From Microthyrium microscopicum (lineage: Eukaryota), in the NCBI GenBank assembly GCA_010405405.1, contig MU004236.1, positions 1,308,070 to 1,372,069 on the forward strand: a stretch of 64,000 nt of DNA, given 5' to 3'. The translations under genes were made by a program, and so were the position numbers. The notes under the pieces were generated by a model, which saw only the letters and a list, made by a program, of their open reading frames with translations, had not been told where the DNA came from and did no database searches. Positions 25,502 through 37,876 of this stretch are shown here, piece by piece. The stretch's first letter is position 1. Each line of letters opens with the position of its first letter.

Positions 25502-27705
25502 ATGGACTTTGTCGCTGCTAGGGATGGCGGAACTGGAAGTCGATTCGGACGTGTTATAATCATCTTGACTGGTGTTGCAAGTTTGCTCGCCACTCTAACC
25601 ACTGTGGTGTAAGATATCACGGCCGACTCTCTGGTACCATTCACTAATTCTTCCGCGAATAGAGCAGTATGGCTTCAAACGTAAACTTCCCCGCCTCGAC
25701 TACTACACAACATTGCTAAGATATCTACAGTAAGAACTACCGCAAACCACTTCTTCAGCGATATGTCGTACGAATATTACTCATGTCAGTACATCATACA
25801 TCTTTGTCTATGAATCTGCGCTTAAACATCATTTAGGGTGCCAATATACTCCATCTCCTCCTGGGTTAGCTTAATATCAATGAAAGCATCGGATTTCATA
25901 GATCCATTTCGAGATGTCTATGAAGTACGTTCTGCACCAACATACATTCAATCCGACTAACACTTGCGCTAGGCCTTCACCATATACACCTTCGTTCAAC
26001 TTCTTATCAATTTTCTCGGTGGAGAACGATCTCTCCTTATCATGACCTATGGCCGACGCCCTGTCCGCCACCTCTGGCCACTCACCCATTGTCTCCCACC
26101 CGTTGACATCTCCGATCCATATACATTCCTGGCCATCAAGCGCGGTATATTGCAATACACGTGGATGAAGCCAACCCTAGCTTTAGCGACTATCATCATG
26201 AAAGCGACTGGGACCTACCAAGAAGGCTACATAGGCCTCACATCTGGCTATTTTTGGAGTGGTATAATATACAACATAAGCATTACAATCAGTTTATATG
26301 CTCTTGCCATGTTCTGGGTCATTATGAGCCAAGATCTGAAGCCGTTTCGCCCAATGCCCAAATTCCTGTGCGTCAAAGGCATTATTTTCGCCTCTTATTG
26401 GCAAGGATTTTTTCTATCAATTCTAGTCTGGCTCGGCGCCTTACCAGATGACGTCCCTGGATATTCACCTGACAACCTCGCAGTTGCAATTCAGGATGCG
26501 CTGATTTGTTTCGAAATGCCAGCTTTTGCACTGGCTCATTGGTACGCCTTTTCTTGGCACGACTATGCAGACCCTACCATCTCTGCTGCCCGCCTGCCGA
26601 TCAAGTACGCCTTGCGAGATGCTTTCGGACCGGCTGATCTCATTCAAGATACGAAAGAAACATTCTTCAAGAGTCATTATGACTATCGACACTTTGATGC
26701 CCGGGATAGTGTGCTTGCTCATGAAGAGTCATCTTCAAGGAATGCGAGAATGAAAGCAGGAATGCGATATACTCGCGGCAAAGGAAAATACTGGCTACCA
26801 GAGTCAAATGGTAGCAAAAAGCCGCTCCTACAGGGAAGTAGAGCACGCGGCATGTCCAGCCCGTCGAGATCAAGAGATACATCCCAGTATGGAACCCTTG
26901 ACGCCGAAACTGACGGAGAGCCTGAACTTGATCCGGATGAGGAGCGACTTTATGACGATGCAAAACAGCTGGAATTTGGGGACTGGAATGTAAGTTGGCA
27001 ACCAACAAATTCATGGACATGTACTCACCAGTCACAGTATCCTGTGATAACAGCTCATACAGCTAACCGAGAAGCACTTTTATATCGCGATCCAAGCATT
27101 GTGACTGCATCCACCAATCGCAATCTACTTCAGCCTGGTAAGGTTCAAAGACAGAAGAGAAAGTCAAGGATTCAGGAGATTCAGGACTCTTCTGACCCGG
27201 CATCTACAGCCGCTGGAAAGAAGAAGTCGGACAGACAAGACTCGGGTAGCAAAGATCAGAAACCACTGCTGAAGAAAAATAAGTCAAGCTCGGGTTCGTC
27301 TAGTTCTTCTGCCAACAGCCAGCTGGTGGATTTAGTGGTAGAAGACGAAGAAGCAGAAGAAATCGAACGAGTTCGTGCGCGTAAGGAAGGCTCGCCGAGA
27401 TGGAATGAGACAGACCCCAAGCACTTTGTGTAAGTCTGCTCTCTGCTGCGACCTATCGGATTAATGCTAATCATGCCATGTAGACGCACGTACCATGAAG
27501 CCGGACAGGCAGAAGAGGTGCGAGAGGGATACGCACCAGACGAGGTAGATCCCAACCAGCCGCACGGCGCAGAGCAGATTCACACTTTGGACCAGCCTCT
27601 TCAAGAAGGTAAGATTTTTCCTGGAAACAAAAGCTTGTTGAAATACTTGGCCAACCAACAGATGATATGTTTCCCATCAAACGTGGTGAGAAACAAAGCA
27701 TTTGA
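25502..27705 (+). CDS. HFL1: TMEM184/OST-alpha (DUF300) family membrane protein, Hfl1-like
   Basis: Spliced N-terminus KNYRKPLLQRYVVRILLMVPIYSISSW..RDVYEAFTIY; KRGILQY; KFLCVKGIIFASYWQ; ICFEMP..HWYAFS; LYDDAKQLEFGDWN/YPVI motif. About seven introns; the 3' end (stop 27703-27705) is less certain. Confidence 0.85.
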
Positions 27706-29844
27706 TGGACGCCACCAGCCATTTCAACTCGCCACTTTGACCTACCTACTATGACCTAAACCACTAACCAGGCACATTAGACGAGCATCCCGAGCCTGAG
27801 CAGACCGACGAGGCCTGGCATCATGAAGAGTATTCGGGTAGCAATAATGCTTCGCCGTTTGCGGAAGAACGCAATGTCTGGGGAAGCCGTGACGATGATC
27901 GATAAAGCTACTTATTGAGCGGGAAGCGTACATTAGCTTTCCCGAGCTTAAGCGTTTGTTGCATCTGCAATGCATGCCGCACGGCTCAAAGGCGACGAAC
28001 AGTTGAACACGGCGAGGCAACTCTTCCGCCGAGCGCTTGTTCTTTAAGGTCATCAGGACAGGAACAGCAAAGTCAAAGTTAAAAACCAACATCGCCCGGC
28101 CGTCTTGGCTTGCAGATGCAGGCAGGCCAGTTGCGCTGCTCACGATGGATTCTTGAAGAACCTGACTGCTCCCATGCAAGAATTAGCAACTTGAGATGCA
28201 TTTATGTGGAGTCTAAGGATTCCTTGGATAAGGTGTGCTTGCAGATCATAAGCTGGGTTTTATTGCATATTGAATAGCTGTTCTAGCATGGAATTCTGGC
28301 GGGCCGATGTGATCTTGATGGTAAGAGGGGCATCTTTTCCTTTGCATTGAATTACTACCTTACCTTACCAGCGGGGCGTTCGAATGGTGCTGGGTATAAT
28401 TGCCTGAAGCAGAATTGAAAGTTTTATCTCTTCACTGTTTTTCAGCCACTGCTATCAAGTTACAAATGGTTCGCAATCAGCGGGGTGACCGAATAGCAGT
28501 TGTCAATGTGAAGTGTATGAACTGTTGCAAATTAGCGGTGTGGCTGCTGGAGGCTCTTGGAAGAAGTGTGCTGGTCGGTTTACATGTATCTAGACGTCTT
28601 TACAGGTGCGTTGCTGTCGCAGGCGATTCCAGGAACACCAAGGGTGTGCAGCCAATAAAAAGGCATATATCATGCTTCGTTTTGATACTGCAGCTTGACA
28701 GCGCCTAATCACGACGATTATTCGCTGTCCAAGCTGTCTCCCCATACACCCCTTTGTCTCAGTTTTTCTGCTACTTCGCTATCCATTGGCCTTTTGCTGT
28801 TCGCGCGAGGCTCTGTCCAAAGCTCGTCCTCCCTCTGCTCTGGCCCATAATGTTCGTATTCCCAGAACCCTTCATCGGAACGCTGGTCCTGCTACGCTCA
28901 AAGTGTTTCTTCAAACAGATCTTCCCCCCCTCATCATCTGCGCTGCTAAACGGCTGAGTTTGCGCTGGTTGGCTTTTTGCGCGCAAAGAAACAAGAACTC
29001 TCTTAAAGACTGCCCGTGTCGCCGTTCTCCGTTTGTCTTGCTTTCCTTGACTGATGCCCAGGCCGTGCCTGTCTATCGCATAACCGGATATCTGGAATAC
29101 TGGATCTTTTTGATATTATTCTTAGGCCGCAAACAGACTTTTATTCTTCCTTCCTTTTTTTATTTCTTGCCGACTCTGGTTCAGTCTCTCGTTTTATCTA
29201 ATATTCCTATAAAGTTCCAAGCTCGAGTTATCCTACTACTATCCTCTGAGTCGCTAGGAATCCTTGCAGTACTTTCATCTGGAAATGCAACAATCTTCGT
29301 AAAACCTCCAGGAAATCATGGGACGCATATACGACCACCTCGAAAGGGGAGTGTCCAACTCCATGCAGGTGGTATGCTGTCTGCCAACGCAGCATGCGCC
29401 TGCTGCTGAGAAATTTGGAATGCGATCTGGTATGTGAAGGCCTTACGTTGCTGCTTTTTCCTTGCGCGGTCATCACATTTCATGCCAATATTGTCGAGGG
29501 CGTTGTCTTTGAAACCTTTTGCACACATGAGATTAGAAAGTCGTCGCAAATGCCAGCAAGTTATTGTTTTACGGTCTTTTCCTCGGCCTCTTGTGGTTGG
29601 AAACACTGTCTTGTCATTTGGGCTCTTCCCCCGTGTATTCGCTTCAGTCTCAAGTTCTGCACGCATGGGAGAGCCTCACCATCCTTGCATTTCATGAATA
29701 GCTTTCTTTTTTGTGTGAGGGGAATCATCTTCAAAATGACCCCTTGCGCCGGCTCAAATTATAAAATGCATCATTGCTAATTGCTTCTTAGAATCAACAT
29801 ATTCAGGAATCGTATATCAGGAACCACTGTCAGACGGCTCACAA

Positions 29845-31341
29845 ATGGCATTCGAACGCTTAGGTCCTCCTGTTACCACTATCAGTTCTGGTACTCCTCG
29901 CTTAGATTCAACAAGAAGAAGAACTAGCCTCTTTTCTCGCCCAAGGACTGCTGGAAGCTTGTCGGCCATGTCACGACCTTGGACTTCAAGTGGAATGAAA
30001 TCAAGACCACGCATAAGTGCGCCGATGGATTTTCGTCGAGTCAGCGATCCTCAGTTTGGTGTTCCTATGCCTAGGAGGCGCCAGTTTAGACCACTCGAGC
30101 TCAGCATCTATGAACCTAGTGGGAGGTTATCACCTCTACCTGACTTTGGCTCTGATGCCTGGGAAGAGATGCCAACTATGCCCAAAGCAGCGGTGGTAAG
30201 AGACTGGGATATAATTGCTGCAGAGCAAGCTAGGAACAATCCGTTGAGAAGCAATCCAGTCACTAGCTCCTATGTGGATTTGGCAAATCGATTCAGTTCT
30301 GCCAGTGATGGCTTTGCTTCTAATGGACCGGGACCAGCAGTGCACAACGACGATATTCACATGTCCGCTACTGCCCTTCCATACTTCGACGACGACATGC
30401 CAACCAGTCCTCCAATGACAGACGCCCCAGCGGTTCTTAGAAGACAAACCTCATCAGGATCTCGACCCAAGACAGCGACATCCGCCACAAAACGGTCACG
30501 TAGCCCAATCGAGCCCACCCTCAACCACAGCCGATCCATCTCAGACATGGTCCGTCCCCTAAAATCATCCGGCAGCATCAGACGCCGTCAAACCAGCGAA
30601 GTCGACGAAGAGATTCGCGAACTTAACACCATCGTCGAAGAACGTCGCGTTTCAGCACTCACCCGCGCCCAAAGCGATCAAACCACCCTCCCCACCCGCC
30701 AACACATTCCCGCCATCGCACCAGCCATGAACATCCGCGCCCGCAGCCAAACACTGAGCGACATTGGCTCCGCCTTCAGCGTCCCCTACGCCAACACCTC
30801 CTCCCAACCATACCCACCTCTCGCCTCACCCCCGGTAGCCCTCACTACAAACACCCGCCCCTCGCGTCTGCGCTCCTGGCTCACCACCCGCTCCAACAGC
30901 GTCCGCTCAACCAACACCACCGCCTCCCTCCTCTCCCCCAAAAACGCAGCACCCCAAGCCTTCTACAGCGTCCAACCCGTCCCAGGCGCCACATACAGCG
31001 AAACTTCCAGTCCAACGCTCTCCGACTTCAGCGACGATAGCTCCGCGCGCGCATATGCACTTACCCCAACGACACAGCTCTCGACTCCGCAATCATTCAG
31101 TCCAATACGCGACCTCGCCACACCCAACAGCCTAACCGCACGTGATTGGTCACCGCCCGGCTCGCTGCGCAAAAGCAACAGCGCGGCACGACGCATGCGT
31201 GCTGTACGTCCTGTGGTAGCGCCAAAGCGTGGGCTTAGCATCGAGTCTACGATGACGACGGATTCTGTGGGCACGAGTATTTTGGGTGGCAAGAACGATG
31301 GGGTGATTATGCCGCCAGCCGCTGTAGGAGTTGCGTTTTAG
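29845..31341 (+). CDS. Ser/Pro/Arg-rich hypothetical protein (last exon; true start probably upstream, about 29318)
   Basis: 498-aa ORF with coding-like composition. Acceptor gctaattgcttcttag at about 29791 opens in frame. Motifs RISAPMDFRRV and FRPLELSIYEPSGRLSPLPDF. Confidence 0.7.
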   Translation: MAFERLGPPVTTISSGTPRLDSTRRRTSLFSRPRTAGSLSAMSRPWTSSGMKSRPRISAPMDFRRVSDPQFGVPMPRRRQFRPLELSIYEPSGRLSPLPDFGSDAWEEMPTMPKAAVVRDWDIIAAEQARNNPLRSNPVTSSYVDLANRFSSASDGFASNGPGPAVHNDDIHMSATALPYFDDDMPTSPPMTDAPAVLRRQTSSGSRPKTATSATKRSRSPIEPTLNHSRSISDMVRPLKSSGSIRRRQTSEVDEEIRELNTIVEERRVSALTRAQSDQTTLPTRQHIPAIAPAMNIRARSQTLSDIGSAFSVPYANTSSQPYPPLASPPVALTTNTRPSRLRSWLTTRSNSVRSTNTTASLLSPKNAAPQAFYSVQPVPGATYSETSSPTLSDFSDDSSARAYALTPTTQLSTPQSFSPIRDLATPNSLTARDWSPPGSLRKSNSAARRMRAVRPVVAPKRGLSIESTMTTDSVGTSILGGKNDGVIMPPAAVGVAF

Positions 31342-33904
31342 GAATAAGGAGGGAGCAAAAAGGGTTATTTTGCTGGTCGGAGTAATTCTTTAAGGCTGTG
31401 GATGACATGAAGTGAATGAGCACTTTTCTCTGGTATTATGGGAGAACGTCTTTTGGGAGAAGAGTTGGACTGTTGCTTGGTTTTGGTTTGCGCAAAAAAC
31501 TTTATATACCCCCTTTGGCGCTGGATTGGCTAATCTAGCGGTGGACACTTGAGGTTAAGAGATGGAATTGCATTTGGCCTGAGAGGGCAGTAGTTGGTTA
31601 GTTGTAATGAAATCGAGGTCTACAAATTTTCTCCAATGCCTTGGATGCTTCGTGAATGACATTCTCGACTATCTGTGCATTTTTTCATTTCAACATTCAT
31701 GGATGAGTAGACTACCATCACCATCTGCAAAGTCTAGGCCAACAACGAATTCCAAGATACGTAACCATACAAGCACCGAAAAAGAATATAGCCGCGCCGT
31801 TACTCGATCGCCCTCAACGCATAAACGTGCCCATCCCGCCTCCAACATTCCACGTCCCCATAGTCGCCGACCCATTCGGCCACGGGCAGAGCTATTTCCG
31901 TCGTGGCTGAACGAAGCGGTCGCACAAACGGCCCACGAACCAGTCCCACAAATGATCAGGGCCCACGAATATGGTCACGAATGCATATCGATTGCTTCCA
32001 GTGGAGCTACATTTCTGTGAAAGACCTGATGTTATTTGTTGCTAAGATTTGGCGATGTTATAAGCATTGGAGACTTTCATATGCTTTGTAGGGAGTATGG
32101 ATGGAGTGCAAGGTAAGGCAAGGTAAGGGGTTGTTGTGGTTCGACTAAGGTAGCTTTTGCTGTGAGATCTGATTGGCTGGGTGGTCTGGGAGCTTGCTTG
32201 TGGTTAGATTTGAAGATGTGGGTTTGACGAGGATTTACTTTGGGGGGAGTAGATGTCTCCTAGTTATTAGTAGGTTTTCTTTTGAGTAGGGTTTAAGCTA
32301 AATGGGATATGATTTGTTTTAAAAGCTTGTTATGGAGTAGAATATTTTATGGAAGTATAATTTGCCATATTTAATCAAGTTTTAACTAAAAGCTTACAGC
32401 CTGCTACATCATGGCCCAACATATAACTTCATGCATCTGCTTCAAGTGGGTTATTTGCCTTGAGAGTGTGCTAAAACAAGGAACTGTAAAGTTTTTATCA
32501 GCCTCAGTCACTCAAATGGATGAGATGTAGTTGCTTTCATCCTACCTCAACGGGGTCCGAAAGAACAGTCTACCAAAAAAATAACCAATTGCCGTGCTCA
32601 ATGAACTTCAGAGCGGACATAGTAGGAATAGACTTCAATACCAACAGTTGATATGCGAACCCCTTTTCGTGTTGGCCAGTGGTGTGTCCTTGTTCGTTTG
32701 ATTGTTTATTTCTCGGCAAATGTAGTACATCGCATTCAAAGCTACCATGGGCTAATGTTAAGTCTCGGAAGTCATCCAACGAGCATCACAAGTTCTTTCT
32801 TCATCAATGCGACCCAGAGTCTATTATGACGAGAGGGAACCCAAGATTGACTTCCTAAATATCTCATCACCCTGGGCTCCGTCGCCACACGCCTATTTTG
32901 CTGCATCAACATATACTTCATGATTTGTAGCACCTAGCCCAAAGTGGTGGCAAGCTGAATTGGTGTTGTACATGCTTGTGAGTGTGCCTGTCGCTCATAA
33001 ACATTCAGCGCGTCTGGGGGCTGAGGACAAAGTATTTTTCTCTCTGTAGATTCGCCGGTAGGTCTTGGTATTAAAGTCAGTACTCCTATGCTCAAGCCTT
33101 TCAAAGCTGCATAGTCTACTAAATATTGATTTTTGCTGGGTAAAAGGATAACTCGTAAACCATGCCTTGCTACCCTTCGATTGAGGAAGTGAAGTTGGAA
33201 CGGATGATAATGAAAAGGGATTTGCATAATACAACATTTCAAAAAATGGGCCTCTGGATTGCATATCATCAGCTATATATATTTCAGCAACTCTTGCATT
33301 ATAGTCTTACGACAGCTCGTGTCTTATACAAATACGAACCATCTTAAAGTTGATACTAATCTCGTCATTTGCTGACCTCGGCTGTATATGATTGGAAATT
33401 TTCAGGTACCAGAAAGACGCCGGTAACCGAAGGGCAAGAACCGCAAAGTCTAAATGAGCGTCGAATCCTTCGTAATTAATAGTAGCGGTCATACTAGATC
33501 AGTGTCGACCCATCGTTCTTAAATCTGCCCTGAAGCCACTTCAGCACGCCAATTTCAATCTCTTTGAATCTCAACAATATGTCAACGCACGCCAGGTTGC
33601 TGGAAGCTTACCGTAATCCGAGATTAACGCACAATAGCCAGTGATTTGTTGTCAAATCAGGGGGTTTGCTAGGGTCTGCTAAAGATCGAAGCTCCTCACT
33701 GGTGAGCGTATTTTTAACAAGAATGCACCGTCCATACACTATGAATACAAATGAAATGTAATTATCTTCGACGTACTCAAAGCAGAGTTCGGAGTCTATG
33801 CTTTTAGTATAACAAAGCTATCTTCCATGCTAAATAGCATGTAACTCTTGACTTAATGTTTTTCTTGCTAGTAGTTGAAGTCAACCATTTAATATCCTCT
33901 CAAC

Positions 33905-34954
33905 ATGTTGTCCTTAATACTTTCGTTTGCTCTAGGAGTCCAAGCTTTGGTCGTGGAGGTTCAGAGTTCAGCAGATGGATGTTCGAGAAAATGGCATATT
34001 AATGAAGGCTCTGGTATGTATCAGACCCATAGTCTTACATCTTGCTCGTTCTGGGGACTGTGAAGCTCAAATGAAGCAGTAATCAGCTGTCAGACACTTC
34101 AAAATTCGTTTTCAATATCCAAAGAGGATTTTTATAGCTGGGTATGTGTAGCACTATGCCTGCTCTAAGATATAAATGTTTAGGTACTTGAAAGCTTATG
34201 AATATCAGAACCCATCCGCAGAACAAGATTGCAAATTACCTCAACTTCCAGTAGGGCGAGAATATTGTATTGCGAGTAAAGACCAGATCACGGGTCCAAA
34301 ACCTCCTGCCAAAGCTTCGCCGACACCATCGCCGCCGGCCGCATCAAATACGCCGACAAAACAACCTCCAGCGGCCAGTCCGCCACCGGACGCTTCATCT
34401 AGCAAGTATAAGCCAGGATGTAAGTACAGAGCTTGCACACCAAGCGAGATCAACTGATAGTCTTTGTAGGTAGCAAGTTCTACGATGTGGTAGAGGGAGA
34501 CACATGCTGGAAAATTGCCAACGAAAAACTTTCTCCCAAATCATCAGTCGATGAAATTCGCAACCTCAACCCGTGAGTCACAAAGTCCTATCACAAAGTT
34601 CGTACTAACGTAATATCCAGCTTCCTCAATAATTACTGCTCCATACAGCCCGGTATCAAACTCTGCATTGCAACAGGAGGACCCATTCCACCTTCACAGC
34701 CAACACAGGCACCAGCGCCAGCTCCTCCAGGCAATAGTTTGCCCAGCCCCATCTGGTCAGGCTCATTACCACCAAGCAAGTGCAAAGAGTATCGCCAGGT
34801 GCGTCACCGAGAAGATTGTTCTTTAATCGAGGCAGACTTTGGTCTCAATCATATCGTCTTCCAGATTTTGAATCCTGGAATTGACTCGGGCTGTGCCAAT
34901 GTCATGGCAGGCTTCTATGTTTGCGTTGCACTGAAGCCTGATGTACGCCGGTAG
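33905..34954 (+). CDS. Secreted protein with three fungal-type (Cys-containing) LysM domains
   Basis: Signal peptide MLSLILSFALGVQA. Introns about 34014-34079, 34142-34208, 34420-34469, 34573-34620. LysM1 C..SCQTL..FYSWNPS..C..GREYCI; LysM2 CSKFYDVVEGDTCWKIA..LNP..C..LCI; LysM3 CKEYRQVRHREDCSLI..LNPGIDSGCANVMAGFYVCV. Pro-rich linkers. Confidence 0.85.
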
Positions 34955-37876
34955 CGGGACGAGGCAAAAAGGGAGGATATGAAGCAGACCGAGCGGGAAT
35001 TTTAATCCCTAGAAGAGGTATTGTGGAGGTACTGGATGCATGTGCACTTCTCAAACACATCGGTTGTTCTGGAACCTAATGTTTGCAAGCACTTGAAAAA
35101 TTCACCTTGGCGGAATAAAATAAGTTACTAGGCTTTGACTTTTTATCTCAACAGCAGACATGCTGTTTAACAAAGATTTATGGACTAATTTATAGAAGAA
35201 CCTCTTGTGCAATACCGTAATACGCTTGCAATAACGGAGTTGAATATGTTGCCCACGCATTTGCCTGGTATTTGATTGCTGTGAGAAACCTGACTCTGGG
35301 CTCGATGGCTTTTACTTCTCTTCAGTCATCCTTTAAAGCTTGGCTATATTTGCACTGGCTTCCAGTCATGTTTGTTTGCTCGAATGTCGTGCTACCATTA
35401 GTAGTAAAAAAAGGCAAGTCTCGAATCCCACAACATAAAAGTGCTCTTAAACTCTTGAGTTCATGACCAAGCAAAGCTCCTGCGGCGAAGATAATGAACT
35501 ATGTCTCCCACCGAAATATTGCGAGGCAAGTATTTGGTTTTGGGCGCCAGCCGGTCATGGCTGCCTATAAGGCTGAATGCAACTAACCCTAGCTCAGCCT
35601 TAATGCATGAGAATTTGACCAATCAGAAGCACAGATGCATGCAAGCCACCAAGTTCAGCCTTGCAGTAGGCCACCAAATCCCAAAACCAGAGACATTCTC
35701 TGACGACGCGGCCCAGCTCGAGAGAGAAGACCATTTCCAAGTAATCGAATCATTTGACCGTTCTATTGGGCGGCATGTGGGTCTCCGGAAGAGGCCGGAT
35801 GCGCAAGTGTGGGGGAAAGCAAACAAAACCCGGACGCAGACACGTTGCACGACACAGTAAGAAATTTCAAAATAGCAACATCGCCGTGAACGAGGATGCC
35901 TGTTGCGTATCCCGGAGAGAAAAGGAAAAAGTGGGCTTTCCACAGCTTCCAGAAGGCAAGGTGCACGGGACGCTGCACAGCGGGAAGGATTGGGAAACCT
36001 CGATCTGGAATCTTAAACAGGGTAGAAGGCATCCAGCATGAGATGCAAGAAGTTGCTTTTTTGCCTCACAAAAGCAATAGCGTTTGGTAGATCTAGTGGC
36101 AATTCGTAACGACATGTGGATAAATGCAGCGTATTATTGTAATAATATCCGTATTGGTAGTAGCAAAAACAACTCCTCTAGAGAGGAGGCACAGGTGATG
36201 AGCTGACACTGTGCTTGGATACCATTGGAACTTTCTTTCATACCATGCCTTGACAAATTGTTGACCGAAAGTACCACCTGCTACAGGCAAACAAACTGCC
36301 ACGACTGATCCATACACATGTCACTTCAACACCAATGCTACCTCCATGCAACAACGCTTCTGTAATCAACTAACAACACCAACTCCAACGCTTACAAGTG
36401 CTTGGGCTAATTTGTATGCAACGGGTATCATATGCTAAGGGGGCAGGTTTGCGGGGACGCGTACGAGTCTGGAATGGGCAAAAAACAAGGACGCACGCAA
36501 CAGCAATCAACACGAACGTATTGCAAAACGACAATTTCGAAAGCAGCATACTGCTACAATTAAAGGCGAGGAGGTATAACGGAGCAAAGCAAAGTAGCAA
36601 AAAAAAGGCAACATAATCATGCTATTCATGTGTTCAACTGCAAAGTAGGTAAATCATATCCAAAGAGAAAATCAAAGACGCCCATAACGTACCCTGAGGA
36701 ATGCAGTCTGTTAAAACACAAAAGAAACCAGCAAAAAAGGAACAGCCAGAACAATGTTCCATCACAAGACTCTGCAACTTGCCAGTTAAGTGAAGAGAAG
36801 GAGTTTGCAAGATGAGACGCTGCCGCCAATAATGGCAAGATTGTCAGAGTATATAAGCTGAGGGGTATATATACCTCTCTCAACTCTTGACAGATGCTGT
36901 GCATGGACACGTTTTCCGGATGTAACAAGACTGGGAGTACCCTTCACTCCGTACACCTCACCGATGCAAAATATGAGAGGAAAAACAAGATGTCGCTAAA
37001 AGCGTAGGAAATGATATGAGATCGGTAAACCATGACGCAAGACACCGAGACCCCATTCTGATTAGTTAGTAGATGCAGCGCCAAATGACGCTAATGTGTA
37101 TAATGTTGAGCCTGTGGAGGCGTGTACCAAATTCTATTTCTGGGTAATAAATGCATTTCCGGGTGAAGCGCTGGATGCGATGAAAACAAAGAGATAGATG
37201 ACCACCGATAGAGAGGTGCGGATGATAGGAGACGATTAGTGAGAACCGCGTTGTATGTTGCGTGTTGGGTGTTATGGGCCTGATTGCTTGTTGATAAGGG
37301 CAGATGACGATATACGGGGAATAGGGGGAACTAGGGGGAACTAGGGAGGGTCGGATGACTAGGGCGCTGACGAGGCGGAAAGACGATGCGTCAACGACAG
37401 AAAAGGCAACCTTGATATGTGAAAACGGATGTTCGTAACTTGTTCCAGATGGGAGAGCCTAGGAGAATAGTTGAGTCATGGAGGCGGAGCATGACTGAGA
37501 CTCGATGGTATAGATGTTGAAGTGGTGTGGAGCCGCAAAGTGGTTTGGTTGCTATAGAAGAGTTGAGAATATTGGAAGAGTTGGCAGTTTGGAACGAAAG
37601 CACAAAAGCATGTGTAATACAAAGAGTAGTGTGAGACTCCAGAAGAGGATAGACAAGGCTGACAGGCTTCAGCCTTGGGAAGGGTTGACAGGCATGTTGA
37701 TAATGATTGTTTATGGTTGGCTGAATGGTGTTGAGTGGGGGGTGTCACATGCCCCTTTTCCGGAACGACTGGGATTGGCGATTGTTTCCTGACCACCCTT
37801 CATCCATGATGATCCAGTAGTATGTGTTTCTGCTCCTGTCAACTTCTTCTCATAATCTTGTAAACTGGTTTAGCGG

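Noticed and set aside
28400..29780. ORFs of 100-200 aa
   Set aside because: Pyrimidine-rich leader or intron-like sequence upstream of the 29845 gene; I could not build a reliable exon chain.
32500..33500. Possible decayed gene fragments
   Set aside because: Short frames on both strands with no motif or consistent splice structure.
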